Positions 1 to 8,814 of a stretch of 53,933 nt of DNA are shown here, in pieces. Source of the DNA: Elusimicrobiota bacterium (GTDB lineage Bacteria; Elusimicrobiota; Elusimicrobia; UBA1565; JACRDR01); the NCBI GenBank assembly GCA_041694815.1, contig JBGFSC010000038.1:1-53933 (forward strand). The letters are read 5' to 3'. The notes beneath the pieces were generated by a model. The model was not told the DNA's origin, did no database searches, and was given only the letters and a program-made list of their open reading frames with translations. Numbering within the stretch: position 1 is the first letter of the stretch; each line of letters starts with the position of its first letter. The position numbers were made by a program, and so were the translations under genes.

Positions 1-120
1 GGAGTGTCGGCGCCGGGGTTTTCATCCCGCCTGCGGCGGGCTGAAAACCTTTAAAACAGGGTGTCCACTTTTAAATCGTAAATTCATCAAAAACTGTCCA
101 CTTTTAATTCGTTCCTGACA
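1..120 (-). mobile_element. IS21-family-like terminal region (element continues beyond the left edge of the window)
   Basis: The minus strand from 120 reads TGTCAGGAACGAATTAAAAGTGGACAG...CGATTTAAAAGTGGACAC. This is a TGT terminus plus two subterminal direct repeats (62-79 and 95-112, 17/18 identical), the layout typical of IS21 ends. There is a hairpin at 17-49. Confidence 0.6.
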
Positions 121-908
121 TCTCCCGCCTCGGGCGTTGACAAAAACTCGGTTTCGGAAGCGCCCAGGGGCTCCTCCCCGCTCGGGATCTCCGCGATCGC
201 CATCTCCGGCTCTTGAACCCAACTCGTCTCTTGAGCCAGCTCCTGCGCCGGAATGGGCTCCGGCTCGGAGAGCGGCTCCCCTTGCGCGGCCGCGACCTCC
301 TGGCCCGCCTGGACGTCGCGACCGACAGACTCCTCGATCTCAGTCGCAGGGTCGCTCACTGCGGCGGCCCTGACGGTTCCTTCCAAGACCTTGATCTCCG
401 TCTTGGCGGCCTGGGCGTCCACGACGAAGGTTGTTCCGCGAACCGCAGCGACTGCCGTCGGGGTTCTAACTCTGACGCGCGAGCCTCCGCCCAGCCTGCC
501 CACCTTGAGAAGTATCTTTCCTTTAAGAAGCCGCAATGAAACGTGGAGCGCTTCTTTCTTGGACTTGATCCGCTCAAGCTTGAAAGTCGTATTCTCCTTG
601 AGCCGGACTAAGACCCCATCGCCTAAGCGAATCTCGGCCCGCGAGCGGGCGCGAGTGCGAACCTGATCCCCCGCCTTGAGCGTCGTCCGGGCAAATGCGG
701 GCAGCGGGATGCGCTTGGCATTCTTGCCTTTGCCGCTTTTCTTGGACAAAACCCCAGCGACCCGAAATACGACGGTAGCCTGCGGCTGGCGCTTCTCAGC
801 GACGGCCGGCACAACGGGGGCAGCGGGAACGGTTGCAATGAGGAGCCCTATGCAGTAGGCCCTCAGATTCCTTGCCGCAAGATTCCTTCGAACAATGAAA
901 CCAGTCAT
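87..908 (-). pseudogene. FecR-domain exported protein, C-terminus probably truncated by the IS end
   Basis: FecR motifs LKAGDQVRT..SRAEIRLGDG and VRTPTAVAAVRGT.F.V...VLEGTV. The last 10 codons and the stop lie inside the IS21-like end. Start taken at ATG 908. Confidence 0.7.
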
Positions 909-947
909 TTGCCCTTTGAAGTCTAGCAAAGGATCATGCTGCGCCCT

Positions 948-2393
948 TCAGCGAAGGACATCCACGCGTCCCTGCGCTGCTTTCTCGATCCTGCGAGGAT
1001 CGACGCCGATGCAGCGCCGCAGCGTGACGCGCCCCTCATCGCCCGCGAATATCCGCGCCTGGTTAATCTCCGAGTCCTCGATCACGAGCCTGCCGTGCTC
1101 CACCGCCCGGATCTGGCTGGAAATGTTCGGCGCGATCTTGGAGCGCCGGATCGCGAAGCGGCTTTCCCCGGCGGCTGACAGGAAATCCGCCTGGAGCGTC
1201 GAATCAGTGAACGTGGCCTGGACCTTGTCGTAGGTCTCGGTCTCGCCCAACAGGTCGCCCTTGAGGGAGACAGCCCCGTCTCCGGACAGATAGACGCTCC
1301 AATCTACGATCTCCGACTTGAGGACTCGAAGGCGTATCCCGTAGGCCGAGCCGTCCCCCAGCCCGAAGTCGCTCATCGTATCGGAGTCCTCGATCTTGCC
1401 GGTCGGAAGGCGGCCGAGGTTGACGGCCTCTCCCTCCTCGGTATCCAGCCTCAAGAAGGGAGAGAGCGCCGGGTAGCCGGAAAGGGTGGCCTTGGCGCCG
1501 TTGCGGAGGATGAAGACCCAGATCGCCACGCGGCTTTGGCCGTCGAGCCGCAGATCGAACTTCCCGGCGCGTCCCGCTTTAAAATCCCTAAGCAAGGGGC
1601 CGGGATAGGCGAAGGCGCCCCAGTCGCCCTCGTCGAGCTGAAGCTGCAGGTCGTCGGTGATGCGCACGTCCGTTCCGCGAAAGGATGTCTTGTCGCCGAG
1701 AAGGAGCTGCGAGATGGAGAAGTCCCGCGCCGTCACGCGCGCGTTGCCCTCGAGGAAGAAGGCCCCGACCGCGTTGGTGGACCGCACGCAGTCGATGGAG
1801 CTATCCTCGGTCGCCGTCAGGTCGCTGTGGAGCTCCGGCTCCTCTAGCGGAGAGTGGACTCGTTCCAGACGGAGAGACGCCCGCCCGGACAGGATCATAT
1901 TCGATGATCCGCCGCCCGCGACCTGGCGCCGGTCGAAGCGCCCATCGCGAACCGTCATCCGCGCGTCGTCATGCAGCAGGATCTTGCCCGCCACCTCGTT
2001 GTCGCCCTCGAAGCGGATGACCGAGGAGCCGCGGGCGACCAACATGTTCTCAGCCGCGGCCGCCGCTTCCTCGGCCTGCGCGCGCTGCGTCCAGCCGAGC
2101 CGGCAACCCGTGATGATGAGCTCGGCCTGGTCTTCCACGCGGATGTTGGCGGCATCTTCCCCGCTTTCGACCGCTTCAAACAGGATCGCGCAGCGCTCGA
2201 GAGTCAGACGGGAGCGGTCCCTGAGCGTGACAGCACCCCGGATCGTGAAGTCCGCGCCGGTCAGCGCTCGCGTCTGAGTCCCGGACAATTCGAGGCCGGA
2301 GAGGATCTCCTCGGCGCCACAGGGCGCGAGAACCAGACCGAAGGCTAGTAGCCCGCCTATCGCGAGGTTCTTTCGAGCGATGAAACCAAGCAT
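948..2393 (-). CDS. Secreted hypothetical protein, beta-strand-rich (possible beta-helix)
   Basis: 481-aa ORF with a signal peptide and recurring beta-strand/Gly-Asp-Ser turn patterns. No family recognised. Confidence 0.7.
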   Translation of the reverse strand: MLGFIARKNLAIGGLLAFGLVLAPCGAEEILSGLELSGTQTRALTGADFTIRGAVTLRDRSRLTLERCAILFEAVESGEDAANIRVEDQAELIITGCRLGWTQRAQAEEAAAAAENMLVARGSSVIRFEGDNEVAGKILLHDDARMTVRDGRFDRRQVAGGGSSNMILSGRASLRLERVHSPLEEPELHSDLTATEDSSIDCVRSTNAVGAFFLEGNARVTARDFSISQLLLGDKTSFRGTDVRITDDLQLQLDEGDWGAFAYPGPLLRDFKAGRAGKFDLRLDGQSRVAIWVFILRNGAKATLSGYPALSPFLRLDTEEGEAVNLGRLPTGKIEDSDTMSDFGLGDGSAYGIRLRVLKSEIVDWSVYLSGDGAVSLKGDLLGETETYDKVQATFTDSTLQADFLSAAGESRFAIRRSKIAPNISSQIRAVEHGRLVIEDSEINQARIFAGDEGRVTLRRCIGVDPRRIEKAAQGRVDVLR

Positions 2394-2998
2394 TGCACGG
2401 GCTCCTGGGCCGGGTCGATCGCTACGACTTCTTCGGACACAAGCTTCAACCCCAACCGCTCAAAGCGCTCTCTATAACCTAGCCGCCTCATCCGCTCTTG
2501 CGGCCCCAGGAAACCGTTGACCAAGAGCAGCCGTCCGGACGTGCCCAGCCAGCCCGCGACTCTCGGGAACTGCCTCTCGAACTCCACCCTGGCGAAAGGC
2601 TTCTCCAGGTAGTAGAGCACGTCGGCCAGGACGATCAGGTCGAACTCCGCGCGCGGCGGCTCCCAGCTTCGGATGTCGTCGCAGACCCACTGCACGTGAC
2701 CCGAGCCGGCCAGTCGGTCCTGCGCCCGGCGGCACGCCACGGCCGATACCTCCACGGCGATCACGCGATCCGCCCTGGAGGCCAGCCTCTCGGTGAAGTC
2801 TCCTTGCGAGGCCCCGACCTCGAGAACGTGCGCATAACGCCGGTGGCCCAAGGCGGCCTCCATGGCATTAAAGCGCGCCGCATTAAACGGGGAGGTGCGA
2901 AAGCGATAGGGGTCTTCGCGCTCCGCGAAGAAACGGTCCATCTTTCGCGCCGTCAGTACTTTGAGGACGCCGCGCGTGAGCCCATGGATCAGCCTCAT
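2357..2998 (-). CDS. NodS-like class I SAM-dependent methyltransferase
   Basis: Motifs DPYRF, VLEVGASQG, FDLIVLADVLYYL. ATGA overlap with the upstream glycosyltransferase. Confidence 0.8.
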   Translation of the reverse strand: MRLIHGLTRGVLKVLTARKMDRFFAEREDPYRFRTSPFNAARFNAMEAALGHRRYAHVLEVGASQGDFTERLASRADRVIAVEVSAVACRRAQDRLAGSGHVQWVCDDIRSWEPPRAEFDLIVLADVLYYLEKPFARVEFERQFPRVAGWLGTSGRLLLVNGFLGPQERMRRLGYRERFERLGLKLVSEEVVAIDPAQEPVQCLVSSLERTSR

Positions 2999-4206
2999 GC
3001 CAGGGTCCGGGTTCTCCGCAAGCCGCCGGCCGACCCCACGCGAGCGCCGGCATAGTGGCGGAGATGCGCCAATGCCACCTCCTCCCAAGTACGCGACTCC
3101 GCGAAGCGCCGGGCTTTTTCAGCCATGCGTAATCTCACGTCGGGCTCGAGAAGCCTTAAGCAAGCCTCCGCGATGGGGAGCGGGTCCGAGGGGCTCTTCA
3201 AGATGAATGCGTTTTCACCGTTGCTCAACAGCTCGCTGATGCCCGCGTACTGCGTCGTGACCAGGGGCAGGCGCATCGCCATCGCCTCAAGCCCGATGAG
3301 GAAAAACGTGTCCAGCGGAGTGGGATTGATGAGCACGTCCGCCATGCTATAGAGCGAGCGCACATCATCCCACGACTCCTGGTATAAGAAACGAATGCCT
3401 TGCTCGTGAGCGAAGCGGGCGAATATTTTTTTAGGGAATGGTCCAGCCGCAAGCAAGGAAAGCGGCGCGCGTTTGGGCAGCAGGGCGAGTCCTCGGATGG
3501 CGAATTCTAGGCCTTTCCAGGAATCGCCGAGATAGAGGAAGACGACATCGTTGAGAGCTATGCCGAGCCGCTCCCGCAACCCGATCCTCCGCCCCGCCTC
3601 GATGGCCGGTGAGAAATAGGTGCTGTCGACGCCGTGCGCGATGACGTCGATGCGGTCCTCGGGAACGCCGAAAGCAGCGCGCACCTCCTGCCCCGAACGT
3701 CGGGAGTGCACCAGAACGCTTCGATAGTTCCCGGGGGTGAAACGCAGGCGCTCGATCGCCGAGCGGACCTTCCTTCGGGTCGTATCCAGGACGGGAGGAT
3801 CGATGCTGAACGGAACCGAGCCGAGCTTCTCCGCCTCCACCTGCTGCGGATCATTATGCACGTCGATCACATCTTGATGGATCGTCAACGCGTGGCTTAT
3901 GACGATATCGTGGCGCCTTGCGGCAAATCTGCCAGGCGTCCGAGGCAGCAACGGGATGGCCCAAACCGGCAACATCGCGCCTATCGGCAGCGACCAGGTA
4001 CGCCAAGAGCCGCGCAGGCTAGGCAGCCAGTGGAAATTGATCTTCGGGTTTGGAAACAGCTTCCTGCCGCCCTCGGGCAGGCGGTTCGTAGAGGCGTAAA
4101 TATGGACCTCATGGCCGCGCTTGACGAATTCCTCGGCAAGGGCCAGGTTCGCCCGCGCTACACCGCTATTGAGCGAGAGGGTCTCCAAAAGCATGCCGAT
4201 ATTCAT
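2995..4206 (-). CDS. Glycosyltransferase family 4 (GT-B)
   Basis: Motifs RGHEVH, VIAHGVD, KGLE, DTFFLIGLEAMAMRLP, GENAF. Confidence 0.9.
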   Translation of the reverse strand: MNIGMLLETLSLNSGVARANLALAEEFVKRGHEVHIYASTNRLPEGGRKLFPNPKINFHWLPSLRGSWRTWSLPIGAMLPVWAIPLLPRTPGRFAARRHDIVISHALTIHQDVIDVHNDPQQVEAEKLGSVPFSIDPPVLDTTRRKVRSAIERLRFTPGNYRSVLVHSRRSGQEVRAAFGVPEDRIDVIAHGVDSTYFSPAIEAGRRIGLRERLGIALNDVVFLYLGDSWKGLEFAIRGLALLPKRAPLSLLAAGPFPKKIFARFAHEQGIRFLYQESWDDVRSLYSMADVLINPTPLDTFFLIGLEAMAMRLPLVTTQYAGISELLSNGENAFILKSPSDPLPIAEACLRLLEPDVRLRMAEKARRFAESRTWEEVALAHLRHYAGARVGSAGGLRRTRTLA

Positions 4207-4249
4207 GCCACCCCCGCGCGACTTCCAGAGCTAAAATCGTTGTTTTGAG

Positions 4250-5023
4250 TCATTGTCGAGCCAGTCTCCTCGCCTGCATTAGGCGTCGCAGAAAATTGAA
4301 CATCCCGGCGCGTCCCTTGATCACGCGTCGGGGAATGGAAAGGGGGAAGCCGTCTCCCATCTCGGTCGCGAAGGCAAGGCGGTAACCCGCGCGCGCGGCA
4401 GCCTGCCGCACGCCTTGGTCGAAAACCCCATACGGATACGCGAACCAATCGACCGATCGCTCCAACACCGATTCAAGGGTTCTTTTCGATTCCTCGAGCT
4501 CCCGCTTAAGCGCCTGCTGATCCATGGCGGTCAGGCGAGCATGGGTGGCGCCGTGCGAGCCGATCCCCCAGCCTTCTTGCGACAAGGCGCGCAGCTCTTC
4601 GCTGGTGAGTTGGCGGTGGCCTGAGTCGGAACCCTCTCCGTCCCACAGAGCGGTTTGCCCCATTCGGGAGGAGACCATGAACAGGACCGCGCAGAAGCCG
4701 TGACGTTTGAGGATCGGCAGGGCCTCGGAAAAGACGGTGGAGGAGCCATCGTCAAAGGTCAAGAGAAAGGGCTTGGCGGGAAGATGGCATGGCAAACCCA
4801 GCTTTGCCTTCGCGTACTCCTCCGCCGTCACCGTTTGATATCCGAAAGCCTTAAGCAACGCGAGCTGGCGGCTGAACATGCGCGGGGAAATATATGTATC
4901 AGGATGGCCAGCGCTTGGCGGAGGAACCCCCACGCGATGGTAGACCAACACGGGGATGGGAAAATGGGTCGAGGCCGGTTTAGACGGACCTACCGCCGCT
5001 TTAGGAAAATCCACAAGCACCAT
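4250..5023 (-). CDS. Polysaccharide deacetylase (CE4/NodB-like)
   Basis: Motifs PVLVYHRV, LTFDDG, GSHGATH, FAYPYG. Confidence 0.9.
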   Translation of the reverse strand: MVLVDFPKAAVGPSKPASTHFPIPVLVYHRVGVPPPSAGHPDTYISPRMFSRQLALLKAFGYQTVTAEEYAKAKLGLPCHLPAKPFLLTFDDGSSTVFSEALPILKRHGFCAVLFMVSSRMGQTALWDGEGSDSGHRQLTSEELRALSQEGWGIGSHGATHARLTAMDQQALKRELEESKRTLESVLERSVDWFAYPYGVFDQGVRQAAARAGYRLAFATEMGDGFPLSIPRRVIKGRAGMFNFLRRLMQARRLARQ

Positions 5024-5151
5024 ATTTCCTTCAAAATTTTATTACTTTTCCGCAGCATCGACAAATGCTAGAGAGACGCTGTCGAGACGTTGAGCTCTTA
5101 TTCTTCCGAAACATCCTCAGTTAGCCAGGCCGCTAGCTGGCTCCGTCCCTT

Positions 5152-5574
5152 TCAGTCGGCTGGGTACTGATCGTGCTTCGGCAGCTTGGGGTCCATGATG
5201 TCCCACGGCTGCGCGTGGGACGCGAATAGGTCGTACTTGGGCTTAAACCAGCTCGGGTCGTCGAGGCTTGAAGCCGTGATGCCCAGCCAACGGGACGGCT
5301 GATCCGATTCGCCTCCCGTGATGCGAGAGCCGCAGTCGGGGCAGAAGCCGCGCTTGTGGACACCGCCCTTCACGTTCTTGGCGAAATGGTACCGCAGCGC
5401 CCCCTGCGTCAGTTTAAACGCTTTAGCCAGGACCACGATGACGGGGGCATAGGGACCGCCCGAGATCTGCTGGCAGGCCCTGCAATGGCAGTTGAGCATC
5501 GCGATCGGCCGGGCGGAAATTTCGTAACGGACCGCCCCGCAAGCGCAGCCCCCTGAGAAATGCCTAGGGATCAT
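5152..5574 (-). CDS. GFA/CENP-V family Zn-binding protein
   Basis: Motifs GGCACGAVRY, CHCRACQ, FCPDCGS. GGAGG Shine-Dalgarno upstream. Confidence 0.92.
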   Translation of the reverse strand: MIPRHFSGGCACGAVRYEISARPIAMLNCHCRACQQISGGPYAPVIVVLAKAFKLTQGALRYHFAKNVKGGVHKRGFCPDCGSRITGGESDQPSRWLGITASSLDDPSWFKPKYDLFASHAQPWDIMDPKLPKHDQYPAD

Positions 5575-5717
5575 GAGCCTCCACTGATAGCAAGTCTACC
5601 TTTTTGGCGGCCTCACCGGAACATTAGAACCGTGGCGCTCTTTAGTCCCATCGGCCGCCACGGGACCGTCACGATTTCCAAGACGAAACCCCATGCCCCC
5701 GTATTAAAATCGAACGC

Positions 5718-6272
5718 ATGCCCAAGCACATCCTCGCGGCCCTGCTGCCGCTATTGATCATGGCCGGCCTGATCCTGGCGTCCCGCCGCGTCGTGACGGT
5801 GCCGCGGGCGGCCGAAGCGGTCGAGCGGCTGCGCGGCGCGCCCGGCTCCCTGGCGGTCTTCGCAACGGCCGCCTCCGCATTGGCGATCGTCAAGCCGACC
5901 GCGCTCATCCCGATCACGGCGGCGATGCTCTTCGGCTTCTGGGGCGGTCTCTCGGTGACCGTGGCCTCCGTCAACCTCGGCGCCTGGGCCGGCTTCTGGC
6001 TCGGGGCTAGGTGGCGCCGGCGCTCGCGCGCGGCGCCGGACATGGGGCCGGGCGTCGAATGGATGGTGGAAAGGGTGGGCCGCCGCGGGATCTGGCGCGT
6101 GGCGCTCATACGACTGCTGGGCTTTCCCCCCGCCGGACTGGTCCAAGTCGCCTCGGGCATGTCGGGCCTGGCCTTTCGCGACTTCGCCCTGGGAACCCTG
6201 GCGGGCATGGCGCCCTGGGCCCTGCTCATGAGCTATTCCTCGGACCGCCTCTGGAGCGCGCTCATCCATTAG
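5718..6272 (+). CDS. TVP38/TMEM64 (VTT/DedA superfamily) membrane protein
   Basis: Hydrophobic 184-aa ORF with LFGFWGG, LIRLLGFPP, F.LGTL.GM.P. Confidence 0.8.
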   Translation: MPKHILAALLPLLIMAGLILASRRVVTVPRAAEAVERLRGAPGSLAVFATAASALAIVKPTALIPITAAMLFGFWGGLSVTVASVNLGAWAGFWLGARWRRRSRAAPDMGPGVEWMVERVGRRGIWRVALIRLLGFPPAGLVQVASGMSGLAFRDFALGTLAGMAPWALLMSYSSDRLWSALIH

Positions 6273-6299
6273 GGGCGGTATAATAAAGAAGAGGCTCCG

Positions 6300-6875
6300 A
6301 TGCGAAATAATCGAAGGAATCACGGCGAGCCGGAGAAGGACCTGGCCAAAACCTACGACGAGTTCAAGAATTTCGAGGGCCGCCGCTACACCGGGATGAA
6401 GGTCGGCGGCCGCCACAAGTGGCATTACGACCAGGGGGAGTGGAAGGAGAAGAAGGTCTCGCCCGATCGCTGGGAGTTCAACTACGCGGTGGCCAAGCGC
6501 CGGGCCGGGCGCGCCCCGGAGGGCTCGGGCGTGCCCGTGGGCACGGAATACCACTGGTACATCCTCGCGCACCAGAACGTCCGCAAGCTGGACGCGAACA
6601 CTTACAGCACGGCCATGACCGGCCTCAAGTACAAGCTGGCGCATAAGCGCGCCGGCTCCGAGAAGTGGAGCGCCTCCGACCGCGCCCTACGCCGGCGCCT
6701 GGCCGCCATCCTCGAGGAGTCGGCAAGAGAGCTCCGGCGCCAGGCGGAGGAGGCCCCAGCCTCGCGAGCCGCAACGAGATCGCGGCGGAAGCCCGCGCCG
6801 CGACGCCCACTCAGCCGATTCGGGTTGAACGGCTTCCGGCGGCCGGTGACGCACCGAAACGCCCTCAAGGTGTAA
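6300..6875 (+). CDS. Conserved basic hypothetical protein
   Basis: Strong codon bias, GAGG SD and TATAAT upstream. Core sequence YTGMKVGGRHKWHYDQGEWKE...GTEYHWYILAHQ. Confidence 0.8.
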   Translation: MRNNRRNHGEPEKDLAKTYDEFKNFEGRRYTGMKVGGRHKWHYDQGEWKEKKVSPDRWEFNYAVAKRRAGRAPEGSGVPVGTEYHWYILAHQNVRKLDANTYSTAMTGLKYKLAHKRAGSEKWSASDRALRRRLAAILEESARELRRQAEEAPASRAATRSRRKPAPRRPLSRFGLNGFRRPVTHRNALKV

Positions 6876-6887
6876 ATTTTTCGACTA

Positions 6888-7385
6888 CTAAAATATCCAG
6901 CGGCGGGCCCTAAATGCCTTCCAGGGAAGCGCCCACCGGTCCAGGGGGTGGAAATCCGCGCCGGGGGCCAGGCGGCACCAGCGCTCGTTGGGCAGGTCGA
7001 AAACGCAGGGGCGGTCGTCGAAGCGCCGGATCTCGCTGGCCCACCACGGCTTCTCGGAAACGCACTCGCCGACGAAGGCGAGCTTCCCTCTCTCGTCCCA
7101 GCGCAGCGACTGGTCGCCGTTATACCAGAAAAGCGTCCAGCCGGACTTGTGCACGAGCCGCGGCCTGGCGGCCTCCTTGAACACCGCCAGGTAGCCGACC
7201 TCCTTATGTATCCCGATCTCGCCGATGTAATAGAGCGCGAGGCAGGCGTCGAGCCCGGGCGCGGGGAATAGATGTTCCCGCAAATGGAAGGCGTTCCTCC
7301 GGTGCCAGGCCCTGCCATAGAGCGAGGGCCAGTCGATTTCCCAAGCCATGGGACAACGATAGCGCCTTTCTTGGTAGAATTCCAT
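6888..7385 (-). CDS. Trp-rich hypothetical protein
   Basis: Fills the gap between plus-strand genes with a natural-looking composition. Start taken at ATG 7385. Confidence 0.6.
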   Translation of the reverse strand: MEFYQERRYRCPMAWEIDWPSLYGRAWHRRNAFHLREHLFPAPGLDACLALYYIGEIGIHKEVGYLAVFKEAARPRLVHKSGWTLFWYNGDQSLRWDERGKLAFVGECVSEKPWWASEIRRFDDRPCVFDLPNERWCRLAPGADFHPLDRWALPWKAFRARRWIF

Positions 7386-7417
7386 ACCTTCGTCCTGGGG
7401 AGGAGAAACGTAAAAGA

Positions 7418-7945
7418 ATGGTAAGCGCAAGGTCCCGCCAAGGGAAAACCCACGTCGTCGTCGACCTCGACGGCACCTTGGCGAACATCGAGCACCGGCG
7501 CCACTTCATCAAGGCCAAAAAAAGGAATTGGAAGGCATTCCATGAGGCCTGCATCGACGACCCGCCTAACGCCTGGTGCGTGCGGCTCGTCAACGCGCTG
7601 CGGGCCTCGGGCATCGCCATCGAGCTGGTCTCGGGGCGTTCGCAGGCCGTCGAGGAACTGACGAAGCGCTGGCTGGAGCGGGTCTTCGGCGGGGATCTCT
7701 CGGGCATGAACCTGGTGCTGCTGCGGGCTCACGGCAACCTGGTCAAGGACACCGAGCTCAAGCGGGAGTGGCTCCGGCAATTTGGGAAGGAGAGGATCCT
7801 ATTCGCAGTCGATGACCGCAAGCGGGTCGTCGACATGTGGCGCGAGGAGGGCGTGGTCTGCCTGCAATGCGACGATTGGGAGGAGCGCGAGGCGGCCGCG
7901 GAACTGGCCCTGCACGTGAAGGCATTCGAGGACCAGGGGAGCTAG
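7418..7945 (+). CDS. HAD phosphatase resembling the 3'-phosphatase domain of T4 polynucleotide kinase
   Basis: Motifs VVDLDGTL, VSGR, KDTELK, FAVDDR..VVDMWR..G..CLQ. Confidence 0.8.
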   Translation: MVSARSRQGKTHVVVDLDGTLANIEHRRHFIKAKKRNWKAFHEACIDDPPNAWCVRLVNALRASGIAIELVSGRSQAVEELTKRWLERVFGGDLSGMNLVLLRAHGNLVKDTELKREWLRQFGKERILFAVDDRKRVVDMWREEGVVCLQCDDWEEREAAAELALHVKAFEDQGS

Positions 7946-8041
7946 GCCGGGATGATGCTGATCTCCCCGCCCGCCATCGCCGTATTGTGACTTGGCGGGC
8001 GGGGCGCTTGGAACGAAGGCTTCGCAATTCTTTCGCGTCCC

Positions 8042-8512
8042 TTATTCGACCTTGATGTCGACTCCGCGGCTCTTCTGCTCGGCCGGCTTCGGGACGTTGA
8101 GGGTCAATATGCCATCGGAATACTTGGCCTTGATCTGTTCCGGATGCACGCCGCCCGGCAGCGAGAAGCTGCGTTCGAAGCGGCCGGAGCTCAACTCCCG
8201 GCGCAGGTAGGACTTGTCCTTCTCCTCGCGCTCCTGGCGACATTCCCCGGCGATAGTCAGCATCCCGCCCTCCAGGCAGACCCGCACGTCCTCCCTCTTG
8301 ACCCCAGGCAGGGCCGCGCTGATCACGTACTCCTTGTCGGTCTCCTGTACGTCGACGCGCGGGGTCCAGGCACGCGGCGAAAAGCGGAGCATGGGCCAGC
8401 CCGCGAAGAATTCGTCGAAAAGCTCGGAGACCCCCGACAGGCCCTTAAACCCGCCGAAGGGCTCGTAACGACCCACCTCCCCTTCCCTCTTGGCGATCTC
8501 ATGTCGTCTCAT
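8042..8512 (-). CDS. Hsp20/alpha-crystallin small heat-shock protein
   Basis: Motifs [40 protein letters not shown]. Confidence 0.95.
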   Translation of the reverse strand: MRRHEIAKREGEVGRYEPFGGFKGLSGVSELFDEFFAGWPMLRFSPRAWTPRVDVQETDKEYVISAALPGVKREDVRVCLEGGMLTIAGECRQEREEKDKSYLRRELSSGRFERSFSLPGGVHPEQIKAKYSDGILTLNVPKPAEQKSRGVDIKVE

Positions 8513-8600
8513 AAAACACCTCCTACCTATATTCTATCTCCAAACCATGGTAGAATATCGCCTTGCAGCCAGGCGTCGACGCATAGGAGGGCACCGGTAC

Positions 8601-8804
8601 ATGCCTAAAGGGAAAGTGAAGTGGTTCAACGACCAGAAGGGTTATGGCTTCATCACGCCGGACGACGGATCGAAGGATCTTTTCGTCCACCATTCGTCCA
8701 TCCTCGGCGAGGGATTCAAGAGCCTCGCGGAAAATCAGGCCGTCGAGTTCGAGATCCAGGACTCCGACAAGGGGCCGCGGGCCGTCAACGTAAAAAAACT
8801 CTAA
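8601..8804 (+). CDS. cspA: Cold-shock protein (CspA family)
   Basis: Sequence [16 protein letters not shown]...DLFVHHS. AGGAGG SD before ATG 8601. Confidence 0.95.
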   Translation: MPKGKVKWFNDQKGYGFITPDDGSKDLFVHHSSILGEGFKSLAENQAVEFEIQDSDKGPRAVNVKKL

Positions 8805-8814
8805 CTCCCGTTCC

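Noticed and set aside
7418..7945. Prophage, suggested by the phage-like phosphatase
   Set aside because: No structural, terminase or integrase genes are nearby, and the neighbours are ordinary chromosomal genes.
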